Source of the DNA: a virus
Lineage: Duplodnaviria; Caudoviricetes
Strand: one strand, 5' to 3'
IMG/VR virus record: IMGVR_UViG_3300046779_001841
Span: 96,001 to 160,000 of that record
DNA length: 64,000 bases
Shown here: one piece after another, positions 56,536-64,000 of the stretch
Layout of the letters: the number at the start of each line of letters is the position of its first letter
How positions within the stretch are numbered: position 1 is the first letter of the stretch
Notes under the pieces: model-generated
The model's input: the letters and a program-made list of their open reading frames with translations, nothing else
What the model was told of the DNA's origin: nothing
Databases searched by the model: none
Program-made: the position numbers and the translations under genes

Positions 56536-56955
56536 ATGATTAGTCAAAAAATCGCTTCTTTAGAAGCTCGTATTGCTAGACTCGAAGGTCGCAATAAAAA
56601 TGCTGGGTTTGGGGGGGGTTTAAATCTTAAGATTGTAGCATCAAATCTTACTAAGATTCAAGATTGGATGTATGAACCTGTAGAAGTTTTTGGTGACACA
56701 TTAGAAACTCATAATTATTTTAAACAAGCCCCAGATGATGCTTATTCTTGGACTTTTAAAATTTCTCAAGAATCCGAATTAATTTATATTGACTATGAAG
56801 GGATTCCTAAAGGGGTTAATCGTAAATATCGTGGTGAAGAAACTATTTCTACTTACGATGTAAGTGGTGATCTTAATAAATATGTGGCAAGGTATATTAA
56901 AGATGAAATTATGAACTTGAATGCACAGGGACGGAGATTACTGAGTCGGAGATAA
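56536..56955 (+). CDS. ASLEARI-leader protein
   Basis: start reset to MISQKIASLEARIARLEG..KNAG; G8 run at 56611-56618. Confidence 0.75.
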   Translation: MISQKIASLEARIARLEGRNKNAGFGGGLNLKIVASNLTKIQDWMYEPVEVFGDTLETHNYFKQAPDDAYSWTFKISQESELIYIDYEGIPKGVNRKYRGEETISTYDVSGDLNKYVARYIKDEIMNLNAQGRRLLSRR

Positions 56956-56957
56956 TT

Positions 56958-58325
56958 TTATCCACCATGATTATGATTTTCCCATACTGCTGTTCTCCCT
57001 CTTAATTCATGATTGGCTGATACTTCAGCTTTCTCACTCATCATTGGTATCGCATTATCTGTTTGTGTTGAATATGGTGCATCATTTCTTGCAGAATATG
57101 TATCTCTTATTGTTTGATATGTATATCTTGTCTTATGCCATAACACTGGAACTCCATCCATTGGTACAGAATATCTTATATCTGCAGGTTCAAAATATGC
57201 TAAATTAAAATGTTGTTGCAATACATTTCCTCTTGCATTTGGTCTTCTTACGGGTCCTAGACTATATCGGTCATTATTCTGTTTCACTATAAAATCTCTT
57301 TGACTTACGATTGGACTGGGACCAATATACACTTCATACGAATGTTCTTTTCTCCTACCTTGTGTTGCTTGACTTATTCTTCTTTCTGCATCATCTGGTG
57401 CTACTATTATATCATAGGGACCATCATATCCACCTATCAATCCAGTGCCAAAACATCTTATACATCTTGAATCAGGTTGCTTTCCATATTCTAATGTATA
57501 CCTATTAAATGCTCCACACTCGCATGGCTGTCCAACCACTTTCTTTAAAAACAATCTTACTCTTTCTCCACCTTGTTCTAAAGCCCACTGATTTCTTCTC
57601 ACACCTTCCCTCCACATCCAATCTACTTTTTCAATTTCTATATCACTAAATGGTTGTGTGTAATCTAATGGACTTTCATGTAAAGCACCTGTTGTAGGAT
57701 CTTCTGCAACAGTGGTTACACGATAATATGTTTTTTTATCTATGATAGAAGAAATTTTGCCTTCTGGTAAATAAGATAAATATGTACAAGTCACAACACT
57801 GGTATTTGGATCAAAGACTAATTGAATATCATTCATTAATGTAATGACATTAGTGGTTGCACCTTGTCTTAATACAATTTCACCTGTTTGTCCAAACACA
57901 CTTGCTGGATATGCAACTTGACCATCTATTTTAACAATCACATCTCTATATGATGTAGATGGTTCTATTGCACTACCTATTCTTGCGATTGGTCTTGCAG
58001 TTTTAAAACGATATGCACCATCTGCATTACTGCCTATGCTTATCCAATTTGTTATCACTTCATCAAAAATCATTTCAGTGATATTTGTATCTCTATAAAA
58101 AGTTGCACTGACTGGTTGTTGATTTATTCTTTGATAGGGTCCACGATCAGATGTGTTTGATCTATATATATTGACACCACGAATAATCCATCCTTCATTT
58201 TCATGTATAAAAGAAGGACTATCCCAGCGAAGATCAATCGCACCTTTAAGAAAAGGTGAATTTGCAGATGTATTTCTTGGAGGCATTGGATAAGGTGATC
58301 TTGAATATTCCCAGCCAGCAGTCAT
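56958..58325 (-). CDS. probable neck/head-closure protein with Zn-binding insert
   Basis: FN3-like N-terminus (DLRWD...GVNIYRS); CECG...C..CFGTG..GGY; structural context. Confidence 0.5.
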   Translation of the reverse strand: MTAGWEYSRSPYPMPPRNTSANSPFLKGAIDLRWDSPSFIHENEGWIIRGVNIYRSNTSDRGPYQRINQQPVSATFYRDTNITEMIFDEVITNWISIGSNADGAYRFKTARPIARIGSAIEPSTSYRDVIVKIDGQVAYPASVFGQTGEIVLRQGATTNVITLMNDIQLVFDPNTSVVTCTYLSYLPEGKISSIIDKKTYYRVTTVAEDPTTGALHESPLDYTQPFSDIEIEKVDWMWREGVRRNQWALEQGGERVRLFLKKVVGQPCECGAFNRYTLEYGKQPDSRCIRCFGTGLIGGYDGPYDIIVAPDDAERRISQATQGRRKEHSYEVYIGPSPIVSQRDFIVKQNNDRYSLGPVRRPNARGNVLQQHFNLAYFEPADIRYSVPMDGVPVLWHKTRYTYQTIRDTYSARNDAPYSTQTDNAIPMMSEKAEVSANHELRGRTAVWENHNHGG

Positions 58326-58383
58326 AATAAAAAACCTTTCTATATAGCATTATAGAAAGGTAAAAAATAGAAAGATTAAAAGT

Positions 58384-58803
58384 TTAATACCATGCAACCA
58401 ATTTCACATCTTCTACTTGAGAATAGAATTTGAAATACTTAACAATTTCTTCTATTTCTTCTACAGTATATTCACTAACATAACCATAAAAGTCATATTT
58501 ACTTGCAGTAGTCATTAATGCAGACCAAACATTATGATCTTTGAGATCATAAGATGCAAATTTGAGATATGCTTCTTTAATCTCATTTGCAGTGTGTTCA
58601 TTGAAAAGCCAAAGATCTTCATAATCTCTTGGATTTTCAAGTTCAAGACCAAGCATAGCTTGAATGATAGGAAAATAGTATTTGCCCCTCCATGCACCTT
58701 GTTCTGGCATACCCATAGATGCACAGACAAATGCAGTTAATGGTTCACCTGTATAATTAACAGGTTCATTTTTGGAATTTTGGAAAAAGTTATCAAGACC
58801 CAT
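58384..58803 (-). CDS. hypothetical protein
   Basis: AAAGGA RBS, 139 aa. Confidence 0.7.
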   Translation of the reverse strand: MGLDNFFQNSKNEPVNYTGEPLTAFVCASMGMPEQGAWRGKYYFPIIQAMLGLELENPRDYEDLWLFNEHTANEIKEAYLKFASYDLKDHNVWSALMTTASKYDFYGYVSEYTVEEIEEIVKYFKFYSQVEDVKLVAWY

Positions 58804-58859
58804 GATGTAAATCCTTTGTGTGTGTTGTTGTGTTTATTTTTTTTAAGTGAAAGAGTTTC

Positions 58860-59051
58860 TTACTTGTCTTCAGAATAGCCATCAAACCAAGCACCAACTT
58901 TATTGGTATATCTAATCTTCTCAGCACTTTGACAAGTTTTACTACTTGTTTCTGGATGATTACAATGTTCTTGAGCCTGTTCTAAAGTCAAGCCTCTTTT
59001 GATCACTCTTTTAGAGTTTGTTTTGTAAAAAAATCTTACTATGGAATACAT
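58860..59051 (-). CDS. small conserved phage protein
   Basis: start reset to MYSIVRF; GLTLEQAQEHC..PETSS...WFDGY. Confidence 0.7.
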   Translation of the reverse strand: MYSIVRFFYKTNSKRVIKRGLTLEQAQEHCNHPETSSKTCQSAEKIRYTNKVGAWFDGYSEDK

Positions 59052-59073
59052 AAATGTCCTTTTTTTAGGTTTA

Positions 59074-59122
59074 GTCGCTATCGACATAACTATAACACTT
59101 GTCACTTAGCAACCTTTGCAAC
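59074..59122 (-). promoter_or_regulatory. 49-bp element
   Basis: matches consensus. Confidence 0.8.
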
Positions 59123-59127
59123 GAATG

Positions 59128-59490
59128 TTAAATTTTTTTTTCATACCATTCTTTAATCTGATCATTGATTTGATCAAAAGTGTCTGACACAACAAGAAGG
59201 TCGGTATTGTTTAGTGTTTCTAAGAATTTGGAAATGATAAAGACTTGGTTTTTAACATTAAGAAATTCTTTAAGTTCTGGTTTTTTCTTTGTGGTTTCAA
59301 ATGGTTCAAAAAGCACGGGTATAGATGAAAGATTTTCATCTTCAAAAAGTTGATCCATGTAATAGCAAATATAATCTATCATGCAGAGTTTAGTCGCATA
59401 TTGTAGAGAATGGCAATCATCAAATGGCATTACAATGTTGATCATTTCTCTTAGATTAAAAAGAATAAGGTATAATTTTTCATTCTTCAT
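59128..59490 (-). CDS. hypothetical protein
   Basis: 120 aa. Confidence 0.6.
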   Translation of the reverse strand: MKNEKLYLILFNLREMINIVMPFDDCHSLQYATKLCMIDYICYYMDQLFEDENLSSIPVLFEPFETTKKKPELKEFLNVKNQVFIISKFLETLNNTDLLVVSDTFDQINDQIKEWYEKKI

Positions 59491-59504
59491 AAATGTTTCT
59501 TTCT

Positions 59505-60074
59505 TTATTTATAAGTGTTCAAAGAACAAATATCATTCATAACTTCTCTTAAATCTTTTAAAGTCATGTGTTCATCTTCTGATGTATGGAAATATGGATT
59601 CATCTGTTTATCAAATGAATCTACAATTTCCCAAAGAGTTTCAGTCTGTTCTTCCATAGATGGGAATTCCAGATAGCTAAAACTTTCATATAAACATCTA
59701 ACTGCTTTTAAAATTTCTTTCTTTAGAGAAGGCAGTTTATAAAATTCTACTTGTGATGGATCAGTAATCAATGCAAGTAGTCTTTGAATTTCTTTGACTT
59801 CTTCTTTGGATGTTAAGAAAACTTTTTGTTTTTCTATGCTATCTTTTGAAATCTCTTTCAAAGAATCTATCAGATCTTCAATTTCATTGGAATTATCTGC
59901 AATCAAAGATAGCTTTTGAAAAAAATCACCATTATGGTCTTTATTGAGAACTTTTTGGATAGCATTTTTTAGGTTGGTTTCTACTGTATCAAAACTTTCT
60001 ACACATGAATCATGTTCAGAAATAACTTCTTTGATAGCAAGTAGTGTTTCTAAAATAAAAGATGTTGGTTTCAT
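59505..60074 (-). CDS. helical protein, paralog of 60163..60705
   Basis: MKPTSF.LE, K.HNG, VEFY and DEH.TL..LREVMN shared. Confidence 0.8.
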   Translation of the reverse strand: MKPTSFILETLLAIKEVISEHDSCVESFDTVETNLKNAIQKVLNKDHNGDFFQKLSLIADNSNEIEDLIDSLKEISKDSIEKQKVFLTSKEEVKEIQRLLALITDPSQVEFYKLPSLKKEILKAVRCLYESFSYLEFPSMEEQTETLWEIVDSFDKQMNPYFHTSEDEHMTLKDLREVMNDICSLNTYK

Positions 60075-60100
60075 ATCTCATTTTCCTTTTTTGAGAGTTT

Positions 60101-60149
60101 GTCCTTAATGACAATTCTATAACACTTATCGTTGAGCAGTCTTTGCAAC
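60101..60149 (-). promoter_or_regulatory. 49-bp element
   Basis: matches consensus. Confidence 0.8.
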
Positions 60150-60162
60150 TCGCATGAAATTC

Positions 60163-60705
60163 TTATAAAGAAAGTTCATTCATAACTTCTCTTAGATTAT
60201 TTAAGGTTTGATGTTCATCTTCTGGATCAAAATCTTTTGATTTTTGATTTTCAAAACAATCTTTGATCTCATAGATACTTTGAGCATGGTCATTTAGATT
60301 TTCAAAATTTAGAATGTCTAAATTCTCATTTAGTGAAGATACTGCTTTAAAGATTTTTGTCTTTAATGCTTTATCAAGACTATAAAATTCTACTTCTGTT
60401 GTGCTGGATAAAAGTTTATTTATTCTGGCAATATCTTTTTTTGCACTCAAATAGATTTCTTGCTTATCCACACATTCTTGTGCAAGATCTATCAAATCTG
60501 ATATTCTTTCTTCTATACCAGAAATCTGTTTCTCTATGATAGATAGTTTCTCTAAAGATGAACCATTATGTTCTTTGGCAATTTCTTGTTGTACAAGATC
60601 TTTAAAATCTTTTTCAATTTCATCATTTGGTGAGAGATTGAAATGATGAAATACTAAGTCACTAAGACCAAGAAGAATTTCTAAAACAAAAGATGTTGGT
60701 TTCAT
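60163..60705 (-). CDS. helical protein, paralog of 59505..60074
   Basis: MKPTSF.LE, K.HNG, VEFY and DEH.TL..LREVMN shared. Confidence 0.8.
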   Translation of the reverse strand: MKPTSFVLEILLGLSDLVFHHFNLSPNDEIEKDFKDLVQQEIAKEHNGSSLEKLSIIEKQISGIEERISDLIDLAQECVDKQEIYLSAKKDIARINKLLSSTTEVEFYSLDKALKTKIFKAVSSLNENLDILNFENLNDHAQSIYEIKDCFENQKSKDFDPEDEHQTLNNLREVMNELSL

Positions 60706-60736
60706 AGGTTTTTCCTTTTCTATGTATGTTGTGTTT

Positions 60737-61159
60737 TTATTTATTTAAGTAGTCATCCCAATCCATTGCAGGTAATATCTCAATTTTTTCTTTTGGTGGT
60801 TTAATCTTTAAAACTTTTTTGCTCCACTCACCTTTAAAAATATCCATTTGTTTTTCACTTAACACTCTACCACTTTTAAGTTGAGTAGTGATTGAATCAC
60901 AAAAATTTAAAAGCCATACAGACTTTGTTTTAGTTTTCAAAAGACTTATTTGATTTAAAAACTCTTGATCTACTTCTACAGGTTCTGGTGGGTTTAACAT
61001 ATTGTCCAATTTTCTGTTAAAGAGATTTATTTGTTTTTCACTTAAGGCTCTACCTGCATTTACTTGATCAAGTAGTGATTGCACAAAATTCTTTGTCCAA
61101 TCATCACTTGTTACCATCAAAAGAGCATTTGCATTATTTTTGAAATCTTGCATATTCAT
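60737..61159 (-). CDS. protein with duplicated W..NF..S...Q...GR.LSEKQ module
   Basis: two copies of the module in 140 aa. Confidence 0.75.
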   Translation of the reverse strand: MNMQDFKNNANALLMVTSDDWTKNFVQSLLDQVNAGRALSEKQINLFNRKLDNMLNPPEPVEVDQEFLNQISLLKTKTKSVWLLNFCDSITTQLKSGRVLSEKQMDIFKGEWSKKVLKIKPPKEKIEILPAMDWDDYLNK

Positions 61160-61184
61160 TTTTCAAATCCTTTTTTTAGGTTTA

Positions 61185-61233
61185 GTCATTATCGACATTC
61201 TTATAACACTTATGCTTAAGCTACCTTTGCAAC
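61185..61233 (-). promoter_or_regulatory. 49-bp element
   Basis: matches consensus. Confidence 0.8.
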
Positions 61234-61297
61234 CAAATGAAATTTTTTTTAAATAATTTTATTCTTTGTATCTACATAAGAAAGGCAGATAAAATAT

Positions 61298-62326
61298 ATG
61301 AGTAAAGACATTCATGTTTCACATCCATGTACACACTACATTCGATATGAATCTTATACACTCGATAATATTACTGATGTTGTAACAAGAAGTCCTATCA
61401 ATGGATCTAGTCTTTTTAGTATTACCAAAAATGATATTGTCATAAATACAGATGGTCTTTTTTCTTCTGCTGAAATTATCTTTCCACTTAATGCACCATA
61501 TAAAATCACAAATCCAAACTACACTTTTATTTATCAAGACATTTCATATCCTATCAAATTTGACACTGGACTTTTAAATGCCAACCAAATTCAAAACACT
61601 TTGATTAAATCTCTACCTATGAATAAAGTAGAAGTAAATCTTGTAAATCAATCTATCCAGATCAAAGATAAAACATCTGGATTATCATCAAGATTGGAAT
61701 TACAAGGCGATTTGTCTAAATTTGGTTTTACTTATGATAAATATAAAGCACAAGGCAAACTTTTACATACTGGATGGAAACTTTTCAAAAGAGATGATGG
61801 CTTAGGTTACTTCATTCGTTTTAATGAAATTGTTAAAGGCAATTATCTTATCTCATATACAACAGAAAAGAATTATTGTAATCGTTGTGCATCTACAGGT
61901 GTTGAGAATGATCTTAGATTTAATGTATATGGTGAAATTAAACAAGTGGAAAAACATGATTTACTTTACCAGCAAGTTGCCAAAGTTTGCTTAACAAAAA
62001 TTAATTCTAATCCACAACACGCTTGGTATGGTACAAATGCTTTTGATTATGTTGGTGTTAAACAAGGTGGTCTTGCTAAACTTAGTATTGAAGAATCTGT
62101 AAGACAAGCTATAAACCAACATATCAATATTCAAAATCAGGTCGGTAAAATACAAAAGCTATCTTTAGAAGAACAAATTGCTTCGGTAAGAAAAATAGAT
62201 GTACAACAAGTTGCTAATACAAATAATGCCTACCTTGTAGATATTGTTCTTGTTAGTAGAGCGAACACAACTGTTAATCTTAACATTGTGTTTAGTGTTC
62301 CTGGTTCGATTGACTTAACAAATTGA
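61298..62326 (+). CDS. baseplate wedge protein with gp25/GPW-like C-terminal domain
   Basis: DLRF...G.......L.Q......LT..NS...H.WYGT; precedes the baseplate J-like gene. Confidence 0.65.
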   Translation: MSKDIHVSHPCTHYIRYESYTLDNITDVVTRSPINGSSLFSITKNDIVINTDGLFSSAEIIFPLNAPYKITNPNYTFIYQDISYPIKFDTGLLNANQIQNTLIKSLPMNKVEVNLVNQSIQIKDKTSGLSSRLELQGDLSKFGFTYDKYKAQGKLLHTGWKLFKRDDGLGYFIRFNEIVKGNYLISYTTEKNYCNRCASTGVENDLRFNVYGEIKQVEKHDLLYQQVAKVCLTKINSNPQHAWYGTNAFDYVGVKQGGLAKLSIEESVRQAINQHINIQNQVGKIQKLSLEEQIASVRKIDVQQVANTNNAYLVDIVLVSRANTTVNLNIVFSVPGSIDLTN

Positions 62327-62337
62327 AAGATTAAAAA

Positions 62338-64000
62338 ATGATAGAAATTATTTCTCCCAGTGGATCTTTATTAAATAGTCCTGCTAACTATTCCACTACA
62401 CAAAAAAATATCTTCATCAAAGGTATTACTGATGACCCAACCAATCTTAGTATCACTATTGAAAACCAAACCTATACAAGTTCGGATATTTTCTTTGATG
62501 GTGATTATTTTACTTTTCCTAATCCTGCTCTTAGTCCAAATGGTCTTATTCTTTATAATGGTAATAATAATATCACACTTAGTCTTTCGTCTAGTGAAAT
62601 TTTTTATCTCAATGTCATTCAACCTATTGTCAATCGTTTTCAATTACCAGATCAGCCACAAGGTATTTATATTGAAAGACTTGCTCAAGATGTTCTTATC
62701 AAATTCCAACATACAGATACTGAAGTTAAATACTATAATATCTATGCTTCTGTTGCCAGTGGTGGTGGTATCAATGGTTATCAAAAAATTAACTTTGAAC
62801 CTTTAGATCCAATTAGCTATGGTCAAGGTAGAGAAGTCTTGACTACCATTGCAGATGAAACTTTTAATACTAATACAGAAGTCGCTGATCCTTTATATGC
62901 CAAACTTAATTTCATCCAAACTGATGGTTCAACAAACTTAGCAAGTGATATTATTTTTAATAGTGAAATTGGTGAAAGTGTAAAAAGATTACGATTGACT
63001 ACTAATCTTTCTTCTATTGATATTCAAACAGAAATTGTCTTTAAACATAACAGACAAGCTACTCAAAATTCTATGCCACCTACAATCCAAATTGGTGCTT
63101 TTGCTTCACTATCAAATGAGAATGTTTTATATTATGTTGCGACTGCTATTAAAGTTGTTGATGGTACTGAAATTGAAAGTCCTTATTCTTTAGAAGTTGT
63201 TGGCAAACCCGTTAATATTAATCAATCTAATGTATCTTTGCCTGTTGTAAATAGACAATCTTTAACAACAGATATGATCACCACCATACACAAACTCCAA
63301 CCTGATGCTTTAGTCAATCCTGGTTCTGTTACTCGTGATGTTATTATTGATCCTTTTGTTAATGAAATGGAAAGATCCAGATTTTTACTAGACTTCACTT
63401 ATCGTGCTATGTCATTTACTACATTACTCGCTATTGATGATCCTAGAAACACTGGTAAAAGTATCGCAGTCAGTAATTCAAATTATAAAACTGCTTTGGG
63501 TCAAGCATTATTCTTTAATGAACAAAATAGAGTTCAAGCAGTCATTGATTCTGCATTTGATAAACTTGCATATAACTTTGGTATTAAAAGACGATTAGGC
63601 ACTAAAGCTATTGGTGAAGTTGTCTTTTTTGTTAAGACTGCACCTACCCGCACCATCAATATTCCTGCATACACAACCATCAGTGCAGGTAGCATTTCTT
63701 TTCAAACTACTCAATTCGCTAGGATTTCTACAGACACTTTATCTTCATACTACGATCCTGTTAAAGATAGATATGCCATTTATGTGCCTATTCAAGCAGT
63801 AAATATTGGTATCAATGGCAATGTTACTAGCAATCAAATTAGAACATCATCTATCAGTGGTGTTAATGTAAATAATGAAAATCCTACTTTTGGTGGTTCG
63901 GATGTAGAATCAAATTTAGATTTGAGTGCTAGATCTATTAATACACTCGCAAGTGTTGATACTGGTACAAAATCTGGTATTGAAAGAATTGCATCTGCTA
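62338..64000 (+). CDS. baseplate J/gp6-like protein (runs off the window end; absent from the ORF track)
   Basis: own translation from ATG 62338: PGSVTRDVIIDP, LDKLA-like AFDKLAYNFGIKRR...A.G.V.F, IQAVNIG..GNV, N..PTFGGSD.ESN. Confidence 0.75.
   Translation, partial: MIEIISPSGSLLNSPANYSTTQKNIFIKGITDDPTNLSITIENQTYTSSDIFFDGDYFTFPNPALSPNGLILYNGNNNITLSLSSSEIFYLNVIQPIVNRFQLPDQPQGIYIERLAQDVLIKFQHTDTEVKYYNIYASVASGGGINGYQKINFEPLDPISYGQGREVLTTIADETFNTNTEVADPLYAKLNFIQTDGSTNLASDIIFNSEIGESVKRLRLTTNLSSIDIQTEIVFKHNRQATQNSMPPTIQIGAFASLSNENVLYYVATAIKVVDGTEIESPYSLEVVGKPVNINQSNVSLPVVNRQSLTTDMITTIHKLQPDALVNPGSVTRDVIIDPFVNEMERSRFLLDFTYRAMSFTTLLAIDDPRNTGKSIAVSNSNYKTALGQALFFNEQNRVQAVIDSAFDKLAYNFGIKRRLGTKAIGEVVFFVKTAPTRTINIPAYTTISAGSISFQTTQFARISTDTLSSYYDPVKDRYAIYVPIQAVNIGINGNVTSNQIRTSSISGVNVNNENPTFGGSDVESNLDLSARSINTLASVDTGTKSGIERIASA

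Noticed and set aside
6007-61233. Integron attC-like cassette sites
   Set aside because: The element lies upstream of genes with promoter-like hexamers, lacks the long imperfect palindrome with RYYYAAC/GTTRRRY ends, and no integrase is present.
1-64000. Stop-codon reassignment as in some huge phages
   Set aside because: Very long ORFs are intact in code 11, and TAA, TAG and TGA all end well-supported genes.

Overview
A 64-kb segment of an AT-rich (roughly 30% GC by eye) jumbo myovirus-like phage genome in the standard genetic code. Recognisable core genes: a family A DNA polymerase, a 1741-aa tail sheath, neck and baseplate genes, a 2847-aa probable virion protein and an N6-adenine DNA methyltransferase. 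Accessory enzymes: a MoxR/CobS-like AAA ATPase with an apparently split CobT-like partner, a class III nucleotide cyclase, an HDAC-family deacetylase, C39-like and HEXXH peptidases and an Hc1-like basic protein. Many short paralogous gene families are present. Main non-coding structure: (1) a fixed-length 49-bp promoter/operator-like element in 20 full copies and 1 partial copy ahead of small accessory genes; (2) the genes directly behind this element are almost free of CG dinucleotides while their neighbours are not, which is the most unusual signal in the window; (3) two C-rich to G-rich skew flips, at 115-bp tandem repeats (~6.2 kb) and at a hairpin (~24.85 kb); (4) a perfect 18-bp inverted repeat around a back-to-back promoter pair; (5) a family of late proteins sharing an Arg-rich RLASL...K-x-A/S N-terminal leader. 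No tRNA, rRNA, CRISPR array, integrase or reverse transcriptase was recognised. All motif counts and family assignments were made by eye or from memory, not by database search.
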